In this document: piece after piece, positions 12,467 through 25,480 of the stretch
Layout: every line of letters starts with the position of its first letter
Numbering within the stretch: position 1 is the first letter of the stretch
NCBI GenBank assembly: GCA_013265495.1
Contig: MU058451.1
Coordinates: 2,971,305-3,035,304 of the forward strand
DNA from: Vicugna vicugna
Taxonomy: Eukaryota
DNA: 64,000 nt
Reading direction: 5' to 3'
Made by a program: the position numbers and the translations under genes
The notes under the pieces: model-generated
Seen by the model: the letters and a program-made list of their open reading frames with translations, nothing else
What the model was told of the DNA's origin: nothing
The model's database searches: none

Positions 12467-15400
12467 CCGGCCAGCGCCGCGCGCGAGAGGACAGCCCAGG
12501 CTCCGGAGCGGACCTTCAGCTGCTCCCGCCCGCCCACGTGAGCCGGGCGCCGCCCCGCGCCCGCCCCTCGTCCCCTCCCCGGGCGCCGAGGCCCGGCCCC
12601 GCGGCGCTCCCGCCCCACCGGGCCCCGCCCCCCCGCCCCGGGAGCCGTCGCTTCAGCGGCGGGCGGCGGGCGGGCGCGGGAGCGGCCGGCGCGCGAGTGT
12701 TCGCGCAGCGGGAGGCGGGTGGGAGGGCGAGAGCGCCCAGGGACGCGCGCGAGGCCCCGCCTGGACATGAAGGCGCGGCTGCACGTGTGGGGGCAGCTCG
12801 CGGGCGGCGGAGGCTCCGGTGTTTGTGTTTGGGGTTTATCACTGTGGTGAAGCGTCTTGTAAGTGCGGCCACGTGTGTGTGTGGAGGGAAAACTCATTTG
12901 CGTGTTTGTCTGCCTGGGGTTTGTGGTTGCATTTTTTTCCCGGCATTCCAACTTGTGTACCGTTGCGTTTGCCATGCTCAGCTGTCATCGTGAATTCATG
13001 TCCCCCAGATATATGTATGCATGTGATATAAATCTGCGGCAGCCTAGATATAATTGTGCAGAATGTTCTTTTACACCTACCCATTTCGAAGCACATGTGT
13101 TTGCATTTATTTAGTGAAGATACAGGGGAGAGAAATGCAGTTTGAAAAAAGCACAGAATAAATTGGGTAGTTTTTTGTTTGTGATAATGAAGAGGATGTT
13201 TTTAATCTACGTTTGCAGGAATATAGGATATTGCTTTTACATCAGAGCTTGCTCCCTCCAATGCCTCATTTGTTGTTCTAACAACCCTAGAAATTCGTCA
13301 GCCAGAGCTGTGTACCCAACAGGCAGACGGCTCCGTCTGTGTGTATTGTGTAAGTGTCTGGAATGTACACCTGGTACCTCTCCACTGGCATCCACAGTTT
13401 AAGAAAGTAAATAGACGCTTTCAAGGAGGAACATGGTAAGTAAAACACTGCTCTAAACTTACAAAGAGTCCGTGACCTACAAAACCGGGGACAGGTGTCA
13501 GCTGATCTGCTTTCCAGCTACCACACTGCTTTGTTGAATTCACTTTAGACAACTCTTTTAAATGTTTAAACCTCTTTTCACCATCTTCCAAATGGGAATA
13601 ACAAGATTTACCTTTCACTTTCTATATTAAGTAACAACTGAGTACACTGGGAGTGCAGTAGAAAGCCCACCATTAGAGATTTGTTAACAGGCAAGTTGAA
13701 AAGTTAGTATTGCCTCTGGTGAAAGCAGGCATCAGTCTCAATTTCGCCCTTAAAATACCCATGGGAGACCCTTCTCTGTGGTTCATAGCCAGGGGTCTTA
13801 GGTTGGCCTCTTAAGGACACTGCTTTGCAAGGTATTTACAGCATTCCTTAGGCTAAGAGGCTTTTGGCTTAGAGTGCGCACCAGAGGCTGCCAAAGGGTC
13901 TCTCACTGGGTTTGGAATATCAGAGAAAATATATATGACAGGTATCAGGGAAGGCAGCAGGGAAAAAGTAGACTAAACTGCACAGAAAAAGCACTGAAAC
14001 TGACCTTGATTGGCTCTTGATTGGCTCTGCTTATCTGGCTGAAATACTGAAAGAAAAATCTCAGTTTACACAGAACCAAATCACCAAAGAGAATTAGAAA
14101 CCCTCATCCATGGCGCTGCCCACAGAGTGGCCAGGAATAGTGCTTACCCTAGTGGCCTGAAATAATTACACACCTTGCTCAGCATCTTGTCCTGGACTGG
14201 GGATTGATTTAGGCCACTGGGAAAATGAGGGCCCAGGATTTTGCTGCTGAACCATAATTCCATTTTTCTGGTACGAGATACACCAAGATCAGGAGCTAGT
14301 GTAGCTAGACACATTTCCGTCTAATTTAGGGTTCTGTTTGATACGAGAAAGTGTGGTTGCTCAGGCTAACATATTTTTTTCTCATTTTGAATTAGCTTTC
14401 TTTACAGAATAACCTGTTTCTTTGCCTTTTTTTTTTTTGACCCACCCCTATCGGTTAGGATCCACAGATAAGAACATTTAAGGACTAAGCTTTTGTTTGC
14501 AAGCATGGTGGAAACATTTAATGCTTTTTACTTTTTCTAATTAGGCAAATGATAGATTTTCTGAAATACACAGCACAGAGCAAGTTTCCGGCGTCTGTAA
14601 TGGATGTGTAGTCCGTCTGTGATAGATGGACCAAGGGTGGAGGTGCGCACACATCTGAGTAGAATATGGAGATTTGGGGAGGATAAAAGATAATGGTAGT
14701 TTATCTCTTAATCTTTTCCTCTTTCTATCCCTAGTAGCTGTCTTCCTTGGAAGGACCCTTCAGTGACAGAAAGGATCCACCACCACCTGCTATGAAATTT
14801 CAGCTCATCCATCCTAACCCGACTCTGCCACTGACTCTCTTCAAGGATGGAAGTTAGTATTGAATTTTTGGTAGTTCACTGAGCAAGTTTTGGCAAAGTA
14901 ACCATACAAGCCATGCTTCCATTTACCTGCTGTCGTCACTGTGGAATGTCTCCCCAGTCACTGATGTGTTCATTGACGTAAGCGTTCAGGTTTAACAGTA
15001 AGGTTGGAGAAGACAGGGCAGGAGAACTCGGAAGAGTACGAGGTGCTGAGAATGATGGCACAGCAGGTGGGAGGGAGTGGAATAATGCTGCAGTTCACTA
15101 GTTGGGGTTAGTAATGTCCTTATTTTCCCTCTTACTCTGAACCTTTGCCCTGGATAAGGGGGAGTTGAATTTAGCTTTAAGAAGGGATTAGTAAGAAGAG
15201 AATGTGAATGTTGGTTTGACAGGTGGGGTGGAGGAGGCCATTAAAGCCCAGGGGCCAACAGCCACACAAGCACTTGGTTTTCCTCCACGTTCAAAACCAA
15301 GCACTTGTAGATTTGCATTCTGAAAAAATCTGTAACAAAAGATAAGCCATTTGAGATTGAATGTCGGTAACAACATGCTGGAGAGGCTATTTAGCTTAGA

Positions 15401-15487
15401 ATTTTATCTTTTTTTGTTTAATGAAGGTGTGTTTAAAAAATTACTAATGATTTCACTTTTATTTACATGTTAGAATTAGTTATGGAG

Positions 15488-15784
15488 ACAGAAACAGACT
15501 CAAAGACACAGAATACAAACTTATGGTTGCCAAGGGGGAGGAGGGTAGGAAGGGATAGACTGGGAGTTCAAAATCTGTAGAAACTGACAGGCATATGTAG
15601 AATAGATAAACAAGATTATACTGTATAGCACAGGGAAATATATACAAGATCTTGTGGTAACTCACAGTGAAAAAAAATGTGACAATGAATATATGTATGT
15701 TCATGAATAACTGAAAAATTGTGCTCTACACTGGAATTTGACACAACATTGTAAAATGACTATAACTCAATAAAGTTAAAAAAA
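15488..15784 (+). mobile_element. Young 5'-truncated L1 3' end with 16-bp TSD
   Basis: L1 3'UTR plus AATAAA and A-tail. TSD agaattagttatggag (15472-15487) / agaattagttattgag (15785-15800). TT|AGAA endonuclease-like site. Confidence 0.9.
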
Positions 15785-16098
15785 AGAATTAGTTATTGAG
15801 GGTTTTTAATAAAAATATCTACAAAGGACAAAAAGCTAATCTGGGGGTGTTTATTGTCAAAAGTGTGTTTATTGATTCAAAGTGTGTAAGAGACCAAATA
15901 GAGTTAAAATTACTTGATTGACTATTTAAGTCAAAACAAGTTTTACTAGCACATTTGTAATAAAGCATTCATAATTTAAGAAATTTATCCTCATTAAATG
16001 CAAAAGTTAAGAAATATGATCAGAAGCCTTGCAGACAACATAAAGTCAGAAGAGGAAGTGAATTACAGAACTAATGGTCTTCAAAACTTTGAAGGAAA

Positions 16099-16300
16099 TT
16101 ACAGTATGCCAGGTTGTGTGCTAAGTTCTCTACATGCATTAATTCATTCAGATCTTGTAATAACACATGTGATTAGTACTAGTACTGTATCCATTTTACA
16201 GAAGAAGAAAATAAGATTTAAGACATTTATGTGCCCAAGCTCATTTAAGGTGGAAATGGTTGAACTGGGATTTAAACCGAGGCTGCCTGACTCTCCTCAT
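16099..16300 (-). mobile_element. MIR SINE
   Basis: MIR core: tgtgctaag...ccattttacagaagaagaaaat...tgcccaag...ctgggatttaaacc. Confidence 0.7.
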
Positions 16301-16586
16301 TACCACTCTTTATGAGAGTGAAGGCAAGACCTTTCAAATGGGGGAAGGAAGCAGGCTGGATGGGGAGCAAGAGGGTGACTTTTATTATTTTTTAGAATAG
16401 CTGCACACAGATGATGGTGATGCCACTGTCTAGAACTAAAGAAACGAAGAAGAAGAAATTATAGAGGTTGGGAAGATAGATTCATATAGGAAAAGGTGAT
16501 ACAGAAATATGTCCCAGAGAAGGTGTTCAGTAGGCAGCTGGTAATACAGAGCAAGAACTAAAAATAACTTAGTTGACAAATAAATA

Positions 16587-16903
16587 CAGTTGACCTTGTT
16601 ATCTGTAGAAGATTGGTTCCAGGACCGCCTCTTCCAATACCCAAGTCCACGGATGTTCAAGTCCCTGATATAAAATGGCATCGTATTTGCACGTAACCTA
16701 CGTACCTCCTCCCATACTCTTTAAATCCTATCTAGATTACTCATAATAACTAACACAATGCAAATGCTATGTAAATAGTTGCCAACATGTGGCAATGTCA
16801 AGCTTTGCTTTTTGAAACTTTTCGGAATTGTTTTTTTCCCAACTATTTTCGATCTGCGGTTGGTTGAATCGGTGGATGTTGAATCCGAGCATGGAGGGGC
16901 CCC
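16587..16903. mobile_element. MER2/MER2B-like Tigger-derived DNA transposon
   Basis: TA|cagttgaccttg...gattggttccaggacc...caagtccctgatataaaatggc...tgcggttggttgaatc...ggaggggccc matches the recalled MER2 family. Confidence 0.8.
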
Positions 16904-18662
16904 GTTAATCATTGAGTTTCAACTCTGACAGCCGTTTTTTTGGTAGCCCCTCCTTTTGAGACTTGAATGCTTCAGGCCATCAGTGGCCCACTCTTTAGGA
17001 ACCCAGAAACTTGCTCTGTGCTGTCTATTTCAGAAAATCCATCTTCTCTAGGTTACTCCCTTTGTTCATCCAGGACTAATGGCTTATCTGCTTTTTCCCC
17101 ACCCACTGTCATCTGCTGTTGTCCCAGGCAGTTCATCCTGGCCTCACAGGCCATTGCCTTTTCTTAAAGTCCTGGCCCTTACTTTGACCCATACAGAGGC
17201 CAACTCTGAAAACTGGAACTTTTCAGTCTCACTTTTTGGCAACACTTGCTAGTCTTTCCCATTCACTAGACAAGCCATCAACTCATCAAAGTCTTCACTC
17301 CTTTGATGCCACTCATGTCCTCCTGGCCCTTCCCTGGTCTAATGCATCCTCTGCACCACATGGTCCTTTCCATACTGACCTCCTCGTTCATCTGCTTGCC
17401 CAGTCCCCCGTCCTAAGCCACAATTTCTCATCCCCTGCTCCTAAGAAGCTACTTTTGGAGATAATCACATTTGCCAGTTGCCATTGCAAATCATGGATGG
17501 AAACCCTCAAGCTAATCCCTCCACACTGCCCAGCAGATCTCTTCCCAGGCAGCTTCCAGAAGCCTATGACTGTCCCTGAGTCCCTCTCAGCCCCAGTTCT
17601 TTCCTACTTGTCTTCTCCCTTGTGGAGGAAAGGAGCTACCATGGGAGAACACCGCTTCTTTCTTCTCTCCAAAACTTCCCATTGGTTCCCACTTTCTTCC
17701 TCTCCCTACCACCTCATCCCAAAGGAAAAGATGTCTTTTTTCCTCTCCAAGTTCTGAGCCAGTTCCTTCTCTCTTGAATATGTTTTCATTTCTTTTCTTC
17801 CACCCAACGGATCTGCTCATGTGTCCTCCGTGTGAAAGCAGTCCTCATTTCCAGGTCCTGCTTTCACCTCAAGTCTTCTGTCTGTTCTTGGAGCTGCAGA
17901 GCCCCAGAAAGAGTGTGTTACATTCACATCTTCCCCCACCACCTCTCATTCTCACACCACTCGGTTTGGGTTCTGTCCTCAACCAGTCTAGTGAAGTTGT
18001 TTGTCAACTCCTGGTTGACAGATACAATGGTATCTCTTCAGTTCCTATCCTGCTGGGAGTGGCAGCTGCGAATTTGATACTTGTGAACACTTACACCTCC
18101 CTCAGCTTCTGTAAAACCCGCGTCTCTCGCCTCTCCTCTCCCTCTTCCTCTCCCACCGCTCCAGCTGTCTCATTTCTTACGTATTTTCCTTCTTATACCT
18201 TTCTAGGCTCCTCGATTTAGGCTATCCTTTTGTTCCCAAAACATTGGCTTCATGGTGTCCACAGTTTGTGCTAATTACTGGATACTTGTTGGCTTATTGT
18301 ATATAACTAGGCAATCCTGCCCTAGGGGCTGAGCGTCTGATTGAGAATTAGTGTAATTCTGATGTACAAACACCAGCTGAGCCTTATTTAAGTCTCAGGG
18401 GCACTTTGATTTCTTTGATTTCTTCCTGTGACTCGCCTCTTGTGGCTCTCTGCCTCCTGCTCTTAATGGGCAGAGGTCTGCTAGTCTTAGACAGCTTATG
18501 TGTCCAATGATGAGGCTCACAAGGGGTTTCAGGAAAGTTCTAACAATGAAAAAGGGAATGCCACATAAAAGGGAGACTTAAAAGAGGTAGTAAGACACAG
18601 AGTGAATTGCTTTAGGAACTAGGTCTGTGCATTGAAGACCTCATACCCGAAGCAAACCATAA

Positions 18663-18697
18663 AATATATGTATGTGTGTGTACATGTATATATATGT

Positions 18698-18730
<33 letters not shown>

Positions 18731-18736
18731 CACATG
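18663..18736. repeat. Compound (TG)/(TA)/(CA) microsatellite
   Basis: Read directly; contains an internal inverted arrangement. Confidence 0.9.
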
Positions 18737-19929
18737 ATTACTGGGTTAGGTTTGGAGACAGAAATAAAGCTCAGACCTTGCTTTTAAAGGTATAAAACAT
18801 ATCTAAAGAGGTAGGAGATAACAACTTAAAAACAATAAAAGTGCAAGGAAGATGACTACAAGTAGCAAACAAGCACTGAGTGCGATGAGGGTTCAGAGGG
18901 CAAGACGGTTCGTGAACTGCTGTGGTTGAAGTGATTCCCAGGAATCGTGGGCACACTATGTAACATCATCGATAAAGTGGAGCAGGCACCCATCCTTCCA
19001 GATCTCTCCAAAGGGATGATCTTCTCGCGTTGAGATGCTGCACGAGAGGGAAGGAGCCAGGGGGATCCATGCCTGTGACTGGGAGAGCAGAGGAGACCTT
19101 CTGGAAAAGAACAGGTCCCTGGAATCGGAGGAGACAAGAAGGATGAATCCATCTCTCTCACGCAATGATGAAAATCATACGCTTTATTCTGAAGACATGG
19201 CTGAAAGGCAACTCAGAATTTGAAGGAACACAAATTGAGAGTGGCAAGGGACTATAAAAACACACTTGAGACTGTTGTTATTAAGATGGTAAAAGCTGTG
19301 AAAATTCATGGGATAACCCTTTCCTAAAGAGGCTGAATAAAAAGAGGTGGCCAGTGTTGCTGAAAGCACAATTAAAGAGTGAGTGGTTGCTGAATGGCTG
19401 ATTGCTGAAGTAGAGAAAAAGATCAATGATTAGGCAGGAAAAACATGTAAATTATGATTGGGGAATGAACAGTTCCAAGAGCTCTGGAATGGGACTGAAA
19501 CAATGACCAGTAACAGAAAAGGTTCCCCTCTGAGTGACACTGGGGAATGTTGTGTCCTTGCCAAGTGCTGCAGTCCCACACCACATGTCACCTCAACATG
19601 CACACCTCAGGACCTTGTTGGATTCTTCAGATACTGACTGCATTGCAAATAAAGCTTACATTCCTCTTCCTTTCCTTACACATGCTCTAGAATGTTTGTC
19701 ATCTTTTGCATTTCACTTATTACTTTCACATGCAAGCACTTTTTAAAGCTTACTGAGGAGGAACACTCCGTGGCATGGCTCGGGAAGTGCTCTGCTTGGA
19801 ATTCCCCCAGGGAACCTGCGGTGAGGAGGGTACTGGGCAGACAGCCTCCAGCTGCCGTTACTTCAGATGTGTTGGGGTGCTCACATCAAGGTCATGCCCT
19901 GCCAAGGACATCCCCTGCACCACCCCTCC

Positions 19930-20580
19930 ACCCTGGAGTAAAAGACAAATCACTGCATCCTGTGGCCTCTGATATCAAAGTGAGAAAAGAAAAAGAAGAA
20001 AAAAAATCAGAGCACCTGGTAGGCATCTTGGGTTTTGGAAGCAACACATACCACACTTGGAAACTGCTCCAGCCTATGTGCTGAGTGACATGGAAGGAAG
20101 GCTGCTAGCTTTGAGAAGGTTCAGAGCAAGAAAGAGTTTTGCAGGCAGCCCAGGCTGTGGTGCAAGCAGCCCTGCCTCTTGGGCCACATGATCGGACAGA
20201 TCCTTTGGTGTTGGTATTTGGTGTCAGTGGTGAGAAAAGATATATAGAATGAAGGTTACGGCAAGCCCCAGGGGAAGAGTCCCAGTGCAGATCTACCAGG
20301 AGCTGAAGAAGGCCGTAGCGTCTGCAGAAGAGAATTACAGATCTTTTGGGAAACAGTTCCTGGTAAGTTACTTGACCTTGGCAGAAAAGGAATGCTTGAC
20401 TGTGGGACACCAAATGACCGTTACTTTAGAATTTCCCGTGATGAGCTGGGTCCTGTTGAACCTGCCCAAACCAAGTCAGACAGACCCAGAAGCAGTCTAT
20501 TGTAAGAAGTAAAGCTGGGCCAAGCTGAGCAGAACCAGAGGACAGAAGCCAGCTGCAAGAGCAGGTTCCCCAGGGCCCCA
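19930..20580 (+). mobile_element. Degenerate ERV-L pol fragment (RT end / connection / RNase H region)
   Basis: Frame-broken peptides KDKSLH...EHLVGILGF, AQAVVQAALPLGPHDRTDPLVL and SAEENYRSFGKQFLVSYLTLAEKECLTVGHQMTVTLEFPVMSWVL resemble ERV-L Pol motifs (VQAALPLGPYDP; NYSPFEKQLLACYWAL...GHQVT...PIMNWVL). Confidence 0.8.
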
Positions 20581-21072
20581 TGTCCCCTAGTGATGCACCA
20601 GTACCCCTTCCCCAGCTTCCCTATGGGAATTTTCGGGTTCCTGCAGGGACAATTGACCCACATGAGCAGAAACAGGCTTTTAGACAGCAGGGACAGACAG
20701 GAATATGTACAGAACCCAGGTGCTTCCTGGTACTCCACTGAAACCCCGGCAGCAACGAATGCACGTGTGTAGCAATGCCGGTCTGAGAATGGCCTGCCTG
20801 ACCAAGGATTCAGACCCTCCATGAAGGAAAGTTTGGGTCACACCACTAGGTGAACCACCAGAACCTGCTACTAGGCTAGCTCAGGGTGAAGGGAACTTAG
20901 AATGGACAGAGAGAGGAGATGAGAACCATTGTTGGCCCCCAAACCAACTGCAGAGACAGATCCTATTTGTCTCATGAATTTTCCTTTTCTAGGCTTTCCC
21001 TCAAGAAGAGAGACCCCTGGGAGCTGCTCCCCAAGTATGTGTGAAGATGATCTTTGTAACGTAAGGGGAGAC

Positions 21073-21529
21073 TGTGTCGGCCGGGGCTGTGCATGGCTCA
21101 GCGATTCCTGCAGGAGAGCTTGCTTCAAGCAGGCAGACTGGCCACGAGCCTCAGGCTTTGGACGCTGGCAGAGTGGTTTGTGTTGAGGTCTCACTCTCCC
21201 TAGACTGTCTCCCACCAATGGCTGAGCACCATGGGGCTGTTAGAGCTGGACCATCCCTTCTCAACACAGGCTTCCTGTGACAGGCTCAAATTCTCCCCAG
21301 TGACCTGGCTGCAACTTTCTTAGGGTTACACTGCAGTCTGAATTTCCCAGTCCTCCTTCCTTCCCTCTTTCCTTTCACAGGTTTCAGACCTTCATTGTGA
21401 ACCAAAAGCTCTGCCCACCTACTCCTGCTTCCTTTGGCCTTTATCCCTCACATGTGTTCACCCCAGTAAATCTCTTGTATGTCTAATTCTGTCCTGACAT
21501 CTGCTTGTTGGAGGCCCTGAACTGACACA
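21073..21529 (+). mobile_element. ERVL-class 3' LTR preceded by a polypurine tract
   Basis: aaggggagac|TG...CA boundaries. agtaaa polyA-like signal and an ERVL-LTR-type end tctgcttgttggaggccctgaactgacaca. Confidence 0.7.
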
Positions 21530-22289
21530 GCCATGGGGCCATGGTCAAAGAGAGATAGAAGTCTGCTTTGAGACTTAATAAAATTGAATTGAAAATCAGA
21601 TTTTGTGGTCCTTAAAAAAGAAGGAAGAAGCTCTCTGTGTACTGATCCCCAAGATCCATTAGGTGGGAAAAAAGCAATGTACAGAATAGTGTATGTAATA
21701 TGCTGAATGTTTCTGTACTTGTATGTACGTCAAAAACCTGTAAAGATACAAAGGAAAGTAAAGAAGGTTGGGGCAGTAATGCTCACTAAAGAACATTTTG
21801 ATTTGTTTTTATTTTGCACCTTGAAATTGTGCTAACTATTAATAATTAAATCTTCAGCATCTTTGCATATTATTACTTAAAAAATCAATCCTTTCTATGT
21901 GATAGAATAGAGCTGCCAGTTGGCATATGATGTAGTAATGTGTAAAGTGGTGCGTGGACCTGATAAACTAAAGGACCCTCAAAACTTAGTCTCCCAAATG
22001 GAAAAAGACTGCTTGGGTAATCCAGATGGCATGAGTGATTTCTGACTCATCAACTGATTAACTAATACATAGACTGTCTGCCTGAGTGTGACAGAGCGGA
22101 CGTTTAGAAGCTTCCAGCTGTGTACTGTTGTGCTGGTCCCGCCGAGTTTGCTGGTCTCAAAGTTTTGCAACTTTTAGAAAGAAGTATGCATCACCATTTC
22201 CTCCTTGAATGTTACAGCCTAGGCTAAATTATGCCTCATTTTGACACCTCAGTCCACATTAAATATTCCTTTAGTATAGATACTCCATC

Positions 22290-22590
22290 CAAGTGCAGGT
22301 AGCAATCCCTTGGCGAGCATTTCCAAAAGATATTGGTCCAGCCTCCACCCTCCCCTGGCAAAATCTCTGACAGAGTCCCCATCGCATACCTTCTGAGAGC
22401 TTTCCCAGTGATCCTAATGCATTTCTGATGAAAAATCATCTCTGTAGGGCAATTGCCAAAACTCCCCTGTTGACAATCACCAGGGGACACATTAAATATA
22501 CGCATGCCCAGGTCTCTTCCTTGGTGAATTCTGATTCAGCAAGTTTGAGTTGGGGCTCAGAAATCTGTGTTTTTAATAAACATTCTGGGT
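22290..22590. mobile_element. MER5-type hAT-Charlie fragments
   Basis: gaattctgattcagcaagtttgagttggggctcagaaatctgtgtttttaataaa resembles the MER5 core. Confidence 0.55.
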
Positions 22591-24139
22591 CTTCAGGGAA
22601 ACATTACTGTAGTGTCATCCCCTCGTGTGGGCTCCATTAGATGCCATAAACTGACGAAATAAATCCAAAGGTTCCTGATACTAGTGATCTTAATGTTAGT
22701 CCATCTTTCTTGCATAAATTCTCTCTCAAAGTGCTTTGGTGATTATAAAAAATATTCTCCTCATCATTTAAAAGGCAAAATTCAAAAGCACTATGTAAGG
22801 GCATGCTACCTTAGGATAAATGCGCAACAGACAATGAATACTTCCATAAAAGAATAATATGCATAATAGACATAAGAATAATAAAAAATAAAATGCAATA
22901 ACAGAAGCCATTCATGAGGTGGACTGGAAACCCAGAACTTAACAAAAGTCTGATAACTCTAGACCAGATCACTTGGCGGACTTGTAAAATCTCCATTCCC
23001 TGCCCATTGTCTCTGGAGTGTGGACTCAGGGAGCTGTGCTGTCTTCAGGGAATACTAGCCTTGAGAGGTCTGTCTCCCTCACTCATCTTGGAGAAGTGGC
23101 AGAGCACAGGGCCTGGACTAAGCCGGGAAGAGACTGGGGTCACTATGCAGCAAGGTACCCCCAGCCCCAGCTCCTGAGGTTTCCAGTAGTTTTGAATTGT
23201 AGCCTTGATCCTGCTGGCAAGTTTTGCATGATCCTGGACTAGCCGAGCACCATGGTAGCTGGGCACACTGGCCTGCCCCTTGCTCCTGATTAGGGGCACC
23301 TGGATCAGCTGGTTTTCCTGTCCATCACTCCTGGGCATTTAGAGCAGTGTTGAGATAAGAGGGGCTTAGAGTTGAACACACAGCGGGAGAGTGTGTCCAA
23401 GTGATCCTGGGGCTCTCTCTTTCAGATTTTAAAAAATAATGTCAGATAAATGAAAAAAAATACATCTTTCTTTTCTATCTTTATGAGCAAATGGTTCATT
23501 GACTGCTGAATCATATATTTGTTAAGAGCTATTCTGTCCAAGAAGTAACTAAATTTTGTTCAAAAATCTGTAGACTTTAGAGTCACTTTCATATTGATAA
23601 TGACATATTTTGTCTTTGATTAGTGTCTGAGGAAACTATATGCAAGTGCATTTTCATTTCATGATTCTCTTTCATCTCAAAGGCCACATTACTCTTCCTG
23701 ATGTATCATTCCTTTAGACTGTACCAGGTTAATGTAATCCATTAATGAAAAGACTTTAAAATGTTAGGAAAGGACTTTTCCCTCTTTATAGCTATTTCAG
23801 TGACATGAATGTAGTCTTCAGCATTTCCTTTTGTCCTTTTACTGAACATATATACAATGAGTGTCTTCTAACTGGGATGTCCTATAGTGAGTATGAAGTC
23901 ATGAATGGCCTGCCCTCAAGGAATGTATAGTCTATTGTGGGGGATAGATATTACATCAATATGTAATTGCAATTTGCTGTGCTATAGAAGAAAAATTAGT
24001 GCTATTAATAAAGAATGTCAAGGGACATTTTCATTTAGATTGCAAGGTCAGGAAAGACCTCCCCATCCATCCATCCATCCATCCATCATTACAGCAGATA
24101 TTGCTCAGAAGCTTCTCCAACAATGTGACATTTTAAAAA

Positions 24140-24575
24140 ATTAAACTGTAGTTGATTTTCAATATTATATTAGTTTCAGGTATATAACATAATGATTCAA
24201 TATTTTTATAGATTATACATCATTCAACATTACAAAACAATGGCTATATGTCCCTGTGCTGTTCAATATATCCTTGTGGCTTATTTATTGTATACATAGT
24301 AATTTGTATCTCTTAATCTCATTCCCCTATCTTGCCCCTCCCCTATTCCCTCTCCGCACTGGTAACCACTAGTTTGTTCTCTATATCTGTGAGTCTGTTT
24401 GTGTTTTGTTATTTTAATTCATTTGTTTTATTTTTTTAGGTTCCACATATAAGTGATAACATAGTATCTGTGTTTCTCTGTCTGACTTATTTTATACTAA
24501 GCATAAAAATCTCTAGGTCCATCTGTATTGTTGCAAATGGCAGAATTCCACTCTTTTTTATGGCTGAGTAAGATT

Positions 24576-24614
<39 letters not shown>

Positions 24615-25480
24615 CACTTTCTTTATCCTTTCATCTGTTGATGGACACTTAGGTTTCTTGTTTCCATGTCTTCGCTATTCTAAATAATGCTGCTACGAAC
24701 ACTGGGGTGAATATATCTTTTAGAATTAATGTTCTCATTTTCTTTGGATATATACCTAGGAGTAGAATTGCTGGGTCACATGGTAGTTCTATTTTTAGTT
24801 TTTTGAGAAACCTCCATACTGTTTTCCATAGTGGCTGCACCAATTTACATTACCATCAACAGTATAGGAGGGTTCTCTTTGGTCAGCAAAATTTATTTGT
24901 GGTCTTTTTGTTAATAGCAATTCTGACAGGTGTGAGATGGTACCTTATTGTGGTTTTGATTTGCATTTCTCTAGTGATTAGCCATGTTGAGCATCTTTTC
25001 ATGTGCCTCTTAGCCATCTGTATGTCTTCTTTGGAAAAAGGTCTCTTCAAGTCTTCTACCCACTTTGTTCTCTTCTAGAAGTTTTATGGTTGCAGGTCTT
25101 ACATTTAGGTATTTAACCCATTTTGAGTTTATTTTTATAAATGGTGTGAGGAAATGTTCTAATCTCATTCTTCTACATGCAGCTGTCCAGTTTTCACAGT
25201 GTCACTAATTTGAGACTGTCTTTTCTCCATTGTATATTCTTGCCTCCTTTGTCATAGAATAATTGACCATAGGTGTATGGGTTTCTCTCTGGCTCTCTAT
25301 TCTCTTGCATTGATCTATGTGTCTGTTTTTGTGCCAGTACCATGCTGTTTTAATTACTGTAGGTTTGGCGTATAGTCTGAAGCCAGGGAGAGTGAGAGGT
25401 CCAGGTTTGCTCTTTTTTCTCAGGATTGCTTTGGCAATTTGGAGTCTTTCATGGTTCCGTACAAATTTTAGAATTATTTC
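24140..25480 (-). mobile_element. L1 3' portion (ORF2 C-terminus + 3'UTR) with internal (TG)n at 24578-24610
   Basis: Minus-strand ORFs [32 protein letters not shown] and [17 protein letters not shown] are L1 ORF2p. Confidence 0.92.

Noticed and set aside
17236..18220. 173-aa and 148-aa Ser/Leu/Pro-rich ORFs
   Set aside because: Pyrimidine-rich, probably degenerate L2-derived sequence with no domain signature.
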